From contig CAVTTN010000002.1 of assembly GCA_963737655.1 (NCBI GenBank), positions 320,001-384,000 on the forward strand: 64,000 nt of DNA, written 5' to 3'. The stretch is from an uncultured Planctomycetota bacterium (GTDB lineage Bacteria; Planctomycetota; Planctomycetia; Isosphaerales; Isosphaeraceae). Position 1 is the first letter of the stretch; the number at the start of each line of letters is the position of its first letter. Under the pieces are notes generated by a model. It did not search any database and was not told the origin of the DNA. It worked only from the letters and a program-made list of their open reading frames with translations. The translations under genes and the position numbers were made by a program. Of this stretch, positions 14,001-25,035 are shown in pieces.

Positions 14001-14321
14001 ATGCCCGAAATCTCTCCGGGAGCGGCCCTCCGCCAGCTCCAGCACGCCCAGGCGGCCATGAAGAAGGCGAGGCAGGCGCTCGCCCAGGCCCGCGGGGGCG
14101 AGATCGATCCCCAGAAAATCCTGCCCCTGGGCTGGGACAGCCTGATCCGCGCCCACAAGGCCCTGGCCGAGGTCCCCCTGGCAGCCGCCACCGATCCGGT
14201 GCTCACGAAGGCCCTGGCGGTCCAGAGGTACGCCACGGCGTTGCTCGTCCGGCTCCGGCGGATCGTCCGCAACGACCCCAACGCCCTGGAGGGGATCGAC
14301 GACGACCCGGACGACGAATGA
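14001..14321 (+). CDS. Hypothetical helical protein
   Basis: 106-aa ORF with host codon bias; stop overlaps the next start (ATGA). Confidence 0.7.
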   Translation: MPEISPGAALRQLQHAQAAMKKARQALAQARGGEIDPQKILPLGWDSLIRAHKALAEVPLAAATDPVLTKALAVQRYATALLVRLRRIVRNDPNALEGIDDDPDDE

Positions 14322-15624
14322 ACGAGCCGAGACGACCCCAGGCCGCCGAAGCGCCCCGGATCGACGTCCCCAACCGCCCCCTGGCGGCCGAGGGGCCGTT
14401 GCCGACGGTCTCCGTCCGATCGGCCGGGCTGCATCCGTTCGTCTATCAGAAGATGGTGATCGGCCCCCAGGGGATGCCCCGCCCTCGCGCCGGAGACCTC
14501 GTCCGGGTGGTCGATCGCGACGGCATTCCTCTCGGGTTCGGCCTGTGGAACTCCCGTTCCCAGATCGCCTTGCGCTTCCTGACCTCGGGCATCGAACCGC
14601 CCGACGAGTCGTTCTGGACCTCCCGGATCGACGAGGCCCTGGCCCTCCGTCGCGACGTCCTGGGCCTGGATGCCTCGACGGACGCCTATCGCGTCCTCCA
14701 CGCCGAGGGGGACGGCCTCTCGGGCCTGATCGTCGATCGGTTCGCCGACGTCCTCTCGGTCGAGTGCTTCAGCCTGGGGATGTACCAGAGGATCGGGCCG
14801 ATCCTGGATTTGCTGGCCTCCCGGCTCGGGACGACCCATTTCCGGGTGAACGTGGATGAACGGATCGCCCTGGCCGAGGACTTCCCGGGCTTGCCAGTAC
14901 AGTCCCCGAAGCTCCCGGCCCGCGTGACGATCCGGGAAGGCGAGGTCCGCTACCGGGTCCGCTTCGAGGGCGGCCACAAGACGGGCTTCTTCTGCGACCA
15001 GAGGGATAACCGCCGGGAGCTGGCGAAGTTCTCCGCCGATCGGACCGTCCTGGATGCGTGCTGCTACACCGGAGGGTTCGGCTCTCGGCCCTGATCCGCG
15101 GCAAGGCGCGCGAGGTCACCTGCGTGGACCTGGACGAGAAGGCGATCGCCCAGGCCCGCGAGAACGCGAACCTCAACCAGGTCCGGCCGACGTTCGTCCA
15201 CGCCGACGCCTTCGGCTACATGAGGCAGATGGGGCTGAACGAGAAGAGTTATGGCGTGGTCGTGCTCGACCCCCCGAAGCTGATCCCCGGTCGGCTCGAC
15301 ATCTCGGCCGGGAAGCGGAAATATTTTGATTTGAACGTCCTGGCGATGGGGTTGGTCGAGCCCGGGGGCCTGTTGCTGACGTGTTCCTGCTCGGGCCTCC
15401 TGCCGGTCGAGGAGTTCTTGATCCTGCTGAGGGCGGCGGCGAGGAAGGCAGGGCGATCGGCCCGCGTCCTGGCCGTGACCGGGGCGTCCAGCGACCACCC
15501 GGTGGGCCTGGAGGCGCTGGAAGGGGCCTATTTAAAGGCCGTCTGGCTCCAGATGGGCGAGAAGAAGGCCCGACGGGATGAAGAGATGGCGCCGGAGGGT
15601 GGGGATTCGACGGACGAGGGATGA
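14318..15624 (+). CDS. rlmI: RlmI-like class I SAM-dependent rRNA methyltransferase (frameshift near 15085)
   Basis: PUA-like HPFVY, HAEGDGLSGLIVDRF, GHKTGFFCDQRDNR, VLDACCYTGGF, then VVLDPPK and LTCSCSG in the next frame. Confidence 0.85.
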
Positions 15625-15746
15625 CCGGCCGCGGACGGCCCCGGTGCGGTCTTTCGGCCTTCGCGAGTTGGTGCATTTCATCCACTCTACGCTGCTCGGC
15701 CTTCGTCGGTTAGGATGAGGGTTCATCGCCTCGGAGGACTCGCCCG

Positions 15747-16434
15747 GTGCCGAGCCTGACCGTCGAAAATTATGTGAAGATGATCTATCTGATCTCCGCC
15801 CGATCGGAGGCGGGATCGGCCGTCTCGACGGGTTCCCTGGCGCATGCGCCTGAATGTCTCCCCGGGGACCGTCACGGGGATGCTCAAGACGCTCTCCGAG
15901 GCCGACCTCGCCTCGTACACGCCGTATGAAGGGGCGAGGCTCTCGCCGTCGGGCCAGAGGCTGGCCCTGGCGGTCCTCCGCCGTCATCGGCTCCTGGAAT
16001 TGTTCCTGGCCCAGACGCTGGCGCTGTCGTGGGACGAGGTCCACGAGGAGGCCGAGCACATGGAGCATGCGGTCTCCGATCGCCTGGTCGATCGGATCGA
16101 CGCCTACCTCGGCCATCCGGCCGTCGATCCCCACGGCGACCCGATCCCCCGGGCCGACGGCACCCTGGTCCAGCCCCCGGGGCAACCGCTGGCGAGCCTG
16201 CCCCGAGGGCAATCCTTCCGCCTGGTCCGCGTGGTCGATCAGGGGGCGACGTTCCTCCGCTACCTGACCGAGTGCGGGCTGGACCTGGGGACCGAGGGCA
16301 TCCTGGACGAGAACCGGCCCGAGGCGGGCGCGGTGATCGTCCGGGTGGGGGGCCGGACGGTGGCCCTGGGCCGCGACGAGGCCGGCAAAGTCCTCGTGGC
16401 CCCTATCCTCGTCGCGGCCGGTCCCGAAGGTTGA
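15747..16434 (+). CDS. DtxR/MntR family metal-dependent transcriptional regulator with FeoA-like C-terminus (frameshift near 15845)
   Basis: SLTVENYVKMIY, VSPGTVTGMLK, RRHRLLELFL, EAEHMEH, DPHGDPIP. Confidence 0.9.
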
Positions 16435-16513
16435 GGCATTGGGTCGTGATCCGTCCCGCCCCTCGCCGATGATCGCCGGGAATCGAGCGACTTTCGCCAT
16501 TGCGGAGGGGACG

Positions 16514-17239
16514 ATGGATCGTCGAGAGCGAAGGGCCTGGTCTCCCAGTCTGGAGAGGGTCGAGGCCCGCAACCTCCTGTCCACGATGGGGACCATCGCC
16601 CTGAACCGCCCGGGGCTGGAATCGGCGACGCTGAACGCCTTGCTCGCCCAGCGCCATGCCTCGACCGGGGCCCTGGCCGCGGACTCCTCGGGCTTGCCCG
16701 CGGGGGGCTCGGGGATGTCGTCCGTGCCGATCGTCCCCAGCAGCGGCCAGCCCACCCCTCGCGAACTCGCCCGGGAAGCGTTCAAGGCGTATTTCCACGG
16801 CCCGGTTTACTACGGCCCCCCCCGATTCAGCGACCAGAAGCAGATCTTTTACATCCGGGGCACCGGAGGCTCGAACCAGTTCCTCCACGGCGATTTCCAG
16901 ATGGCGATCGTGGTCCCGACCGACCCCTCGGCGCCGATCACCGGCGCGGCCGTGATGCAGGACAAGAACACGAATTCCGGCGGGTTGCTCGGCCTGGACC
17001 TGGTGGCCGTCCCCAACGCCTTCGATCGGCTCGGCCGCCCCACGCGATTCACCTTCACCAGCGACCCTAACATTTATGGCGGGACCTACTACGCCTCCAC
17101 CTCCACCGGCACGGTGAAGGTCGCGTACCTCGGCAACACGGCCACCGCCACCTTCCAGGGCCGGGTCTACAACTCGGGCCTGACCGACCCGCTCCGCAAC
17201 TCGGACCTGATCGGCCGAGGCGGCAAGGTCGCCCCCTGA
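16514..17239 (+). CDS. Secreted protein with planctomycete LExRxLL-type N-terminal signal
   Basis: RRERRAWSPSLERVEARNLLS N-terminus followed by a low-complexity linker and a beta-rich domain. Confidence 0.75.
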   Translation: MDRRERRAWSPSLERVEARNLLSTMGTIALNRPGLESATLNALLAQRHASTGALAADSSGLPAGGSGMSSVPIVPSSGQPTPRELAREAFKAYFHGPVYYGPPRFSDQKQIFYIRGTGGSNQFLHGDFQMAIVVPTDPSAPITGAAVMQDKNTNSGGLLGLDLVAVPNAFDRLGRPTRFTFTSDPNIYGGTYYASTSTGTVKVAYLGNTATATFQGRVYNSGLTDPLRNSDLIGRGGKVAP

Positions 17240-17493
17240 TCGCCTCGGATCGGCCCGAGGCGAGGAATCGGAGGATTTTCGGGGCGAGGCGAGGCTGGGG
17301 CGTTGCCTCGGGGCGTCCGCTCGGGTAGGAATGACGCGACCCCGGGGGCGGCGCGAGGGATCGTCCCGGACGGTCCGCGCCGAGCCCCGACCCGACCTCC
17401 TCCCGCTCGTCTCGACGACCCACGATCGACCGCTCGCCCCGAGAGGCCCGGCCCTCGGCCGATCGTCCCCCTTTCCGTCGCACCGAGGATTCC

Positions 17494-19257
17494 ATGAAGC
17501 CCGACGCCGCCGACGCCGCCCCGGTCGCACCGAACGCCTACCGCCTGCTCTGGGCCGGGTTCATGGCCATCATGGCCTCGGGAGTGGGGTTCTCGATCCG
17601 CGCGGGCATCCTCGGCCAGTGGGCCAACCAGTACGGATTCACGCAAACCGAGCTCGGGCAGATCACCGGGGGCGGCCTCACGGGTTTCGGGATCATCATC
17701 CTGCTGAGTGCCCTGATCGCCGACCGGATCGGCTACGGGACGCTCATGATCTCGGCCTTCGTGATGCACATCGCCTCGGCCGCCCTCACGCTCGCCGCCC
17801 TGACGACCACGAGCAAGCCGGTGGCGTTCCAGTTCCTGTTCTGGGGGATGTTCCTCTTCGCCGTGGGCAACGGGATCTGCGAGGCGGTGGTCAACCCCCT
17901 GGTGGCCACCCTCTTCCCCAAGAACCGGACGCATTTTCTCAACATCCTCCATGCCGGATGGCCGGCCGGGCTGGTCGTCGGCGGGCTGGTGGCGGCGGTC
18001 ATGGCCGGCGACCCGCTTTTCGGCGTGAAGCTGATGGACAAGCCGGTCCCCTGGCAATATCAGATTTCTCTGTTCCTCGTCCCGGTCGCGTTCTACGGGA
18101 TCATGCTCCTGGGCCAGTCGTTCCCGAAGTCCGAGGCGAGCCAGCAGGGCGTTTCGTTCAAGAACATGCTCCGAGAGATCGGGATGCTCGGCGGGGCGAT
18201 CCTTTGCGTGCTGCTCGGGCTGTTCTTCCATAGCGACCTCGGCCTGCCGACCTGGGGCGCCGTCGCCCTGGCGAGCGTCCTGTGGCTGGCGTTCTCCTAC
18301 GCCACGGGGTTCCACCTCGGGCCGGTCCTCCTGGCCGTCTTGCTCGTGACCCATGCCCTGGTCGGCTACGTCGAGCTCGGCACGGATTCGTGGATCGCCA
18401 AGATCACCGGCGCGATCATGGACTCGAAGCAGAACGGCCTGCTGCTGTTCGTCTACACGTCGTCCTTGATGTTCATCCTCCGGTTCTTCGCCGGGCCGAT
18501 CGTCGAGAGGACGTCTCCTCTGGGCCTGTTGTTCGTCAGCGCGATCCTCGGCGCCACGGGCCTGACCTTGCTCGGCAATGCCCAGGGCGTGGTGTTCTGC
18601 GTCCTGGCGGCCACGGTCTACGCCTGCGGCAAGACGTTCCTCTGGCCGACGATGCTCGCCGTGGTCTCCGAGCAATTCCCCCGGGGAGGGGCGATCACCA
18701 TCGGCGCCGTCGGCGGCATCGGGATGCTTTCGGCCGGCTTGCTCGGCGGACCGGGGATCGGGTTCGAGCAGGACCATTATGCGTCGGCGAACCTCCGCAA
18801 GGCCGACCCGGCGGTCTTCGCCCGCTACGAAGACCCCAATCCGAAGCACTTCCTCGGGTTCGAAACCGTCGGCCTGAACGGCTCGAAGGTGGGCATCCTC
18901 GAAGACGCGGGCGAGAACGGCGTGAAGACCGTTCAGCGCGACCTCGACCGCCTGAGGGCCGACCCCAAGGCCAAGCCGGAGGACGTGGAGAACCTTCAGA
19001 AGCTGGTCGATTGGTGGAAGGCGGCGGAACCCTCGGCCGAGGCCGACAAGACGTTGGTGACCGCCGCCACGCTCGACGGCAGCCGGATGGCCCTGAAGCT
19101 CACCGCGATCATCCCCGCCACGATGGCCGTGATCTACCTCGGCCTGATCGGCTATTTCCGAACCAAGGGCGGCTACAAGCCCCAGGACCTGAACATCACC
19201 AAGCAGGAAGAGGCCGAGATGATGGTCGGCGGAGTGGCCGGCCCGGCCGAGTATTGA
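17494..19257 (+). CDS. MFS transporter (sugar type)
   Basis: ADRIGYG motif A, GNGICEAVVNPLVA, LHAGWPAG, more than 12 TM helices. Confidence 0.9.
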   Translation: MKPDAADAAPVAPNAYRLLWAGFMAIMASGVGFSIRAGILGQWANQYGFTQTELGQITGGGLTGFGIIILLSALIADRIGYGTLMISAFVMHIASAALTLAALTTTSKPVAFQFLFWGMFLFAVGNGICEAVVNPLVATLFPKNRTHFLNILHAGWPAGLVVGGLVAAVMAGDPLFGVKLMDKPVPWQYQISLFLVPVAFYGIMLLGQSFPKSEASQQGVSFKNMLREIGMLGGAILCVLLGLFFHSDLGLPTWGAVALASVLWLAFSYATGFHLGPVLLAVLLVTHALVGYVELGTDSWIAKITGAIMDSKQNGLLLFVYTSSLMFILRFFAGPIVERTSPLGLLFVSAILGATGLTLLGNAQGVVFCVLAATVYACGKTFLWPTMLAVVSEQFPRGGAITIGAVGGIGMLSAGLLGGPGIGFEQDHYASANLRKADPAVFARYEDPNPKHFLGFETVGLNGSKVGILEDAGENGVKTVQRDLDRLRADPKAKPEDVENLQKLVDWWKAAEPSAEADKTLVTAATLDGSRMALKLTAIIPATMAVIYLGLIGYFRTKGGYKPQDLNITKQEEAEMMVGGVAGPAEY

Positions 19258-19301
19258 TCGTGGACGAGGCCGGGGACCGGGCCGGAGAGTTGCCGTCTCC
19301 C

Positions 19302-20883
19302 ATGAGCGATGACATCTCGGCGGGCGAGCCTTCGCCCCATCCGCCCGGACCGGCCGAACCGCTGCCCCGATCGCTGGCCGACGCCCTCGCCGCCCCCGCC
19401 GTCCCGCCCAGGCCGTGGCAGGACGGCGTGGCCCCGGCGTTCATCGCCCTGTTCCTCTCCGTGGTGTTCCTGGATCGGATCGCCGTCGGCACCCTGAGCG
19501 TCGGAGGGGCTCGCCCCGGCCGCCCTCGGCGCGACGCTGGCCGGCGTCTTCGGCTACTGGTTGCTCTACGCCCCCTCCGCGGGATGGGGCGCGTCCACGA
19601 GACGGCCCCTCGCCGTCGTCTCCACCAGCACCTTCGGCACGACCGGCGCGCTCTGGGTGCCCGGCGCCTTGCTCGGCGTCGTGGGGATGGTTTGGTTCGC
19701 GATCACGATCCAGTTCGCGACCGATTACGCCCTCCGAGGGGCTCGCCGCCTGCGGGCTCCTCGACCCTCGAATCCTGCCGAGGCTCGACTCCGACGCGAT
19801 CCGGCCGCCCGGCGTCACGTTCGTGGTCGTCGCCTTCGCCTGGTCGGTCGCCTCGGCGATCATCGGGACCCTGGCGGTCCGCCTGGTGGCCGGCGTGATG
19901 GCCGTCTACCCGATCTTCCCGGCCCTGGCATCGGGGCCACGCTCGTCTGGGCGATTCCCGGAGTCCCCGACGCCCCGATGCCCGCTCCCGACCTGGATTC
20001 GAGCGGCTACTGGGCCGTGGCGACCACCTTCCAGCTCGTCTTCGCCTTCCTCGCAACCTACGGCCTGGCCTCCGCCGACTGGGGCGCCGCGTGCCCGTCT
20101 CCTCGGGAGGCCCGGGTCGGCGGGCTGGTCGGCGTGATGCTGGCGGCGCCCATCCTGTCCATCATCGGGATGCTGATCGTGGCCGGGTCGATGGGCCGGG
20201 AGATCGCCAGGTCTCCGCAACCGGAATTCTCGACCAATCGCCCGAGGTTGTCGGCGAACCGGCCGCCCCTTCGGGGGATGAAGGCCGCGCCCGAGCCCGA
20301 AGCCCCGCCGGGGCCCCGGGCGGTGAGCGTCGGCGGCTTCACGCTCCGCGAGGTCTATTTCCGAAGGGTCGGAGGCGCGGTCGGCGGGACGGCGTTGCTC
20401 GTCCTGGCGCTGGGCCTGCTCGGACCGGCCTGTTACGCCCCCTTCACGATCGCCCGCCAGTTCAGCCCGATCCGGCCGGCGATTCCCGGATGGGCCTGGT
20501 CGCTCCTGGGGGCGGTGGCGGGCTGGCCCCTGATCGCCTCGGGCCTGGCCGGCCGGACGGACATCCTCTTCGGCCTGATCGGCGCGCTGACCGCCCCGGC
20601 CGTCGGCGCGATGGCCGGCGATTCGATCCGCCACCGACGAGGCTGGCCGGGGCCGACGCTCGGGGTGAATCTCGCCGGGATGATCGCCTGGGCCGTCGGA
20701 GTCGGGGTCGGCCTGATCCCGACGATCGGCCGGATCGGCGGGTTGCCGACCCTCACGAGGGCCGAGCCCGCCGCCGTCTTCGCGTTCCTGGCGGCCTTCG
20801 CCGCGAACCTGGTCCTCGGGCTCCTCCGATGGGAGCCCAGGAGGCTGGCGATCGGCCCGGCCAGGGCCGAGTCGGGGGGATGA
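19302..20883 (+). CDS. Membrane permease, cytosine/purine permease-like (several frameshifts 19500-19930)
   Basis: Hydrophobic segments continue across frames (PWQDGVAPAFI, STFGTTGALWVPG, ASADWG, GVNLAGMIAWAVG). Confidence 0.55.
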
Positions 20884-20908
20884 ACTCCTCCCTCCGCGGG
20901 CCCCGACC

Positions 20909-21949
20909 TCAGAACGGCTCGTCCTCGGCCGGCAATTCCAGGGGGATTCCCTTGTAGAACCGCCGGTTCTCCATCGCGAAGACCTTGTCGGTGAACTCCC
21001 CCTCGTCCGGCGCCGCCATCCGGTGCTTCACGGCGATGTTGATCTTGGCGTCGAGGTCGTCGATGAACGAGACGATCAGCGCCTCGATCGTCTGGGGCAC
21101 GATGGGGGCGCCGAACTCGCGACGGCCGTGATGGGCGAGGATCGCGTGCTCCAGGAGCAGCAACGTCTCCTCGGGGAACCCCTCGATCCGGGTCGCCGCC
21201 AGGCGGACCAGGTCCCGGCCCATCAGGACGTGGCCGATCAGGCTCCCTTCCTTCGTGTACCGGGCCTCGACCGGGTGGTATTCCAGCTCCTTGAGCTTGC
21301 CGATGTCGTGGAGGATCGCCGCCGCCACCACGATCGACCGGTTCAGCGGAGGGTTCAGCGAATCATAATATCGGGCGTAATGCTCGGCCACGAAACCGGC
21401 AATCCGGGTCATGCTCCACACGTGTTCGAGCAATCCGCCGTTATAACTGTGATGGAAATTCGTCGCCGCCTGGATTTTCGAGAACAGCGCCCCATGCTCG
21501 TGGAGGATCGCCAGGACGACCTGCTTGATGAACGGGTCCTCCACGTACCGCTCGACGAACCCGAGGATCTTGCTCGTCAGGTGGTCGGCGGGGAACCGTG
21601 AGCTCTCGTAGAGGTCGCGGAAATCGAAGCCGTCGGCCTCGTCGCCGTCCTCGATGGGGCGGATGTCGAGGACGTCGATCTGCAAGCCATACTTCGCCTT
21701 GAGCTCGGCCTTGACCTGGAGCCGATACGGCGAGCCATCGACCCACGTTTCCGCCTGCCGCAACAGCCGATGATTGGCCCAGAGCGGGGCTTCGAGGACG
21801 ACGCGGCTATCCCGAAAGTAGCATTTCAGGAAGTTTTCATTCTTGTAAGTCGTACCCCGGACCTTGCGGACCAGGGCCGCGAAGCACACGGCCTCCTGGC
21901 CGTCGCGGAGCTCCGAGAGCCGCACCACCGTGGATTCGCCGACGGCCAT
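20909..21949 (-). CDS. yhaM: YhaM/CBF1-family 3'-5' exoribonuclease (OB fold + HD domain)
   Basis: FHHSYNGGLLEH, ILHDIGK, LIGH, ILAHHG...FGAP, IDDLDAK. Confidence 0.88.
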   Translation of the reverse strand: MAVGESTVVRLSELRDGQEAVCFAALVRKVRGTTYKNENFLKCYFRDSRVVLEAPLWANHRLLRQAETWVDGSPYRLQVKAELKAKYGLQIDVLDIRPIEDGDEADGFDFRDLYESSRFPADHLTSKILGFVERYVEDPFIKQVVLAILHEHGALFSKIQAATNFHHSYNGGLLEHVWSMTRIAGFVAEHYARYYDSLNPPLNRSIVVAAAILHDIGKLKELEYHPVEARYTKEGSLIGHVLMGRDLVRLAATRIEGFPEETLLLLEHAILAHHGRREFGAPIVPQTIEALIVSFIDDLDAKINIAVKHRMAAPDEGEFTDKVFAMENRRFYKGIPLELPAEDEPF

Positions 21950-22008
21950 GACCCGCCCCCGTATCGTCGTCGCCATTCGCATGAAGGTCGCCGGATGGTC
22001 CCCTTCGC

Positions 22009-22118
22009 ACCATCATCGGACCGCGACGGCCCCCGCCTTCACCAAACATTTGACGACTACGATGCAAACATCTACCACGGCTGTCGAAATCGGGCAATTC
22101 TGTTCAGAATGACAGTAT
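22009..22118 (-). repeat. 110-bp direct repeat, copy 1; promoter-like region upstream of yhaM
   Basis: 77/110 identical (hand alignment, no gaps) to 23326-23435. Minus strand reads TTGCCC-17 nt-TAGATG. Confidence 0.8.
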
Positions 22119-22328
22119 TCCTCCACGGAGGGATCGGGACATCGCGAGGCCGACCGGGGGTCGGACCAAGAAGTCACTCGGCCGTCGATCTCGTCCCGCG
22201 TCGGATGAATTTCGGGTGTACTTTCGCGAATATTGTTGTCTATTTGCGATTGTTCGATATGTTGGGCGGTCGCAAGCTGGGGCATCGACGTCCGATGCCC
22301 GGGCCGGCCAAACCTCCAAGGGTCCCCG

Positions 22329-22919
22329 ATGCGACGCAACGTGAAATGGGCGGCGGCGTTCTTCTTGCTGATCGGCGGGGCGTCGGCCCGGGCCGACATG
22401 ACCTTCATGCTGTCGGGCAGCTTCGGCGACAACAATCCGAGCGGCCCCACGGGACTGGAGTACGGGTCGTTCTCCGGGACCTACACGGTCTCGGGCTTCG
22501 ATACGACGGGCGCCACGGCCCCCCTCACCGGGTTCGACCTCACCCTGTTCGATTCCTCGGGGAACGTCTTCACCTCGTACAATTTCTCGGATCCGCACGA
22601 AGGTGCCACCCTCAAAGATGACGGGTCGATCGCAACCCTTTTCTTCGGGACGGACGGGTCCGACCCCAATGAAGCGAATGCCGGCTTCCAGCTCCTGTTC
22701 GCGGGCGGGTTCGAAGGCGTGGGCCCGGTCCTCTACACGGATTCAACGGTCCGCCTCTCATCGCATATTCTTGTCACCTTCGCCAGCGGCGTCACCCACG
22801 TGACGCAGGTCCATGCGGGGGGGTCCTCGGCGGTCCCCGAGCCGTCGTCGCTCGTGCTGATGGGGATCGCCGGCCTCGGCCTGGCCTGGCGACGTCGCAA
22901 GAAGGGCAGGGCGGCCTGA
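22329..22919 (+). CDS. PEP-CTERM sorting domain protein
   Basis: Signal peptide ending ASARA; C-terminal VPEPSSLVLMGIAGLGLAWRRRKK. Confidence 0.92.
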   Translation: MRRNVKWAAAFFLLIGGASARADMTFMLSGSFGDNNPSGPTGLEYGSFSGTYTVSGFDTTGATAPLTGFDLTLFDSSGNVFTSYNFSDPHEGATLKDDGSIATLFFGTDGSDPNEANAGFQLLFAGGFEGVGPVLYTDSTVRLSSHILVTFASGVTHVTQVHAGGSSAVPEPSSLVLMGIAGLGLAWRRRKKGRAA

Positions 22920-23096
22920 GCCGGGCGCGGCCCGGACCGGATACGACGAGCGGGACGAAGGCCGGGCCGCGACCCTCCGAGTGGGGCGGGTGGCATGCTT
23001 CTGTCCGCGTCATCCTGACTTCACGCCACCAAGGGGCCGAAGCCATGCTCACGCGGACGTCAACGCGCCACCCGGGGAGAAGATTGCGGGCGTCGG

Positions 23097-23333
23097 CTAG
23101 ATCGTCTGGTCCCCGCCCATCGACGTGAGGCCCTTCTTGTGGCCGAGCCTGTCGAGCAGGTGGTCGAGGGCGCGTTCGAGCTCGTCGGCCGAGGCGTCGA
23201 TGGCCTCGTCGATCGTGGCGGCCTCGTGGCTGACGGCGATGGGCTGATGGCCGCTGAGCCGGGCCTCCATCATGCACCTCTTGCCGTTGATCCCGCCCTT
23301 GTGGGCGTTCGTAGGATCCCCTCCCACCATCAT
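23097..23333 (-). pseudogene. 5'-truncated HPF/RaiA-family duplicate
   Basis: NAHKGG...KRCMMEARLSGHQP...GHKKGLTSMGGDQTI closely matches the C-terminal part of 25930..26280; the N-terminal ~45 aa are missing. Confidence 0.8.
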
Positions 23334-23435
23334 CGGCGAGGGGAGCACTCGGCCTCCATGAAACATTTGGCGACTACGGTTTGAACAGCTACCACGGGGC
23401 GAGGTCTCGGGCAAGTCCGTTCAAAACGCCAGCAT
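23326..23435 (-). repeat. 110-bp direct repeat, copy 2 (diverged copy of the yhaM upstream region)
   Basis: See copy 1. Minus strand reads TTGCCC-17 nt-TAGCTG. Confidence 0.8.
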
Positions 23436-24112
23436 GGGGCCAGGGGGGCGCCATGCTGGCTGACACCGAATCTCCTGCACGAACTCCCCGCGTCCTCAGA
23501 CCCGGACGCCCCGGCGACGACGCGCCGGACGCCCCGAAGAATCAGCCCGCCCAGGCCGACCAGCGCCAGGGTCGAGGGCTCGGGGACCGCTCGGATCGAG
23601 CTGTTCCAGGCCGCGTTCACACCATCAAAAGCCACCAGCAGGTCGCCGGAGGCCGTGGAGAACGTCCCGCCGCCGCCGATGGCCCCGAGGTAGCCGGAAA
23701 ACGTCGTCGGGACCGGGTTGGAGGCGTCGAAGGTCGGTGTCGCCGTGGTGTAAAACGGGGCGAAGAGTCCGTTGCCCCCCAGGGCCGGGATGTTGTATCC
23801 CATATATTGCGGGTTCGTGGGATCGACCAGAAGCACCGACCAACTGCCAGGGTTGCTCTCCGAGTAAAGAGTCCCGCCGACATTGACCGTGATCTGACTG
23901 GCCGCGTAGACATAGGCTCCCTGCGTAATGGGCATGCCCGACGAAGTGTCGAAGACCGTCTGGATTTCCAGGCTGGTGCCATCGGCGATGGCATTGCCGG
24001 CAAGGGTGCTTCCCAGGGTCACGCCCTGGTAGTCCAACACGAGCAGGTCGGCTCGTGCCGGGACCGAAGCCAACGCCACGAAGGCCAGGGACGCGAGCAG
24101 GCGACGAATCAT
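23330..24112 (-). CDS. PEP-CTERM sorting domain protein (true stop may be near 23500)
   Basis: Signal peptide ...VPARA; VPEPSTLALVGLGGLILRGVRR; lower GC than neighbours. Confidence 0.88.
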   Translation of the reverse strand: MIRRLLASLAFVALASVPARADLLVLDYQGVTLGSTLAGNAIADGTSLEIQTVFDTSSGMPITQGAYVYAASQITVNVGGTLYSESNPGSWSVLLVDPTNPQYMGYNIPALGGNGLFAPFYTTATPTFDASNPVPTTFSGYLGAIGGGGTFSTASGDLLVAFDGVNAAWNSSIRAVPEPSTLALVGLGGLILRGVRRVVAGASGSEDAGSSCRRFGVSQHGAPLAPCWRFERTCPRPRPVVAVQTVVAKCFMEAECSPRR

Positions 24113-24557
24113 GGTCGGTCTCCACGAGGAGCGGGGAGGCACGGGGGGCGAACGGCGTCGCACGCGGACGCCGGCCGGGACGGCGCCAGTCCTGGGGCCG
24201 TCGGTGCGAAATATAACCCGATTCGGAATAGCTTTTCAACGATCAATTTTGAATTTGAAGAATCCATGTCGAGTTGAAGAAGGCATGTCGGGTGATCGCG
24301 ACGCCCGGCCCAACGATCCCGATCGCCGGGTCATGCGCGCCCCCCTCGGCCGAGAGATCGCCATCCGCCACGCGGAGACGATGCCTCCGACGGGACACGT
24401 GCGTGACTCCCGCGGCCCTCTCGGACTCTCGAAGCCCCGAGCTGACCTCGCAGGGGATTCGCGCCACCTCCACCCCTCCAGACCAGCGGCTTCCCGGGTC
24501 CAAAGCCACAGGATCGCGGGCAGGGGAGGCGTGGAGCCCATTGCGGAGGTTTCCCGC

Positions 24558-24977
24558 TCAGTCCTCCGGCTCCGGAGGGTCAGGCTTGATCGGGAGCCAG
24601 GGCGTCATCGCCGCATTGGCGTACTTCTGCGCCAATTCCCTATGAAACCTGGATTTGGCCGTCGGCCTCGATCCGTGAATATAGCCCTGTGAATCAAAGC
24701 GACCTGGCGTCCCCTGGCCGAACCGGGCCAGCGAGCGGTGGGCCTCGGCCAACTCGCGGTAAGATCGGGAGAGCCGGGCAAGCTGGTCGGCCTCGCGCGC
24801 CTCGCGCTCGATCCATCGGCTTTCCTGGGCGATCATCGCGGCCGAGAGTGCCGCGATGAGGATCAGCAGCAGGAACGTCCCCAGCCCGACCCGCCTCGGC
24901 CGGGCCGCCGCGATCGACCCGAGCCGACGTCGGAACCACGGGCCGAGAGTCGGGAAGTGCCCGGAATGGGGCATCAC
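24558..24977 (-). CDS. Small membrane protein of an Isosphaeraceae-type family (C-terminal KY...PWLPxxPDPPEP)
   Basis: RRVGLGTFLLLILIAA TM segment; tail FHRELAQKYANAAMTPWLPIKPDPPEPED. Confidence 0.65.
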   Translation of the reverse strand: MMPHSGHFPTLGPWFRRRLGSIAAARPRRVGLGTFLLLILIAALSAAMIAQESRWIEREAREADQLARLSRSYRELAEAHRSLARFGQGTPGRFDSQGYIHGSRPTAKSRFHRELAQKYANAAMTPWLPIKPDPPEPED

Positions 24978-25035
24978 GAACCTTCTCTCCGATCGAAGAC
25001 GACCGCCCGGCCAAGGGATCGGGCCGATGTCCCTG

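Noticed and set aside
15640..15746. DtxR/MntR operator upstream of the regulator
   Set aside because: Only a half-site-like TTAGG; no convincing dyad.
22009..23435. Repeat pair as CRISPR array or prophage att sites
   Set aside because: Only two copies, 110 bp long, 1.3 kb apart and 70% identical; no cas or integrase genes.
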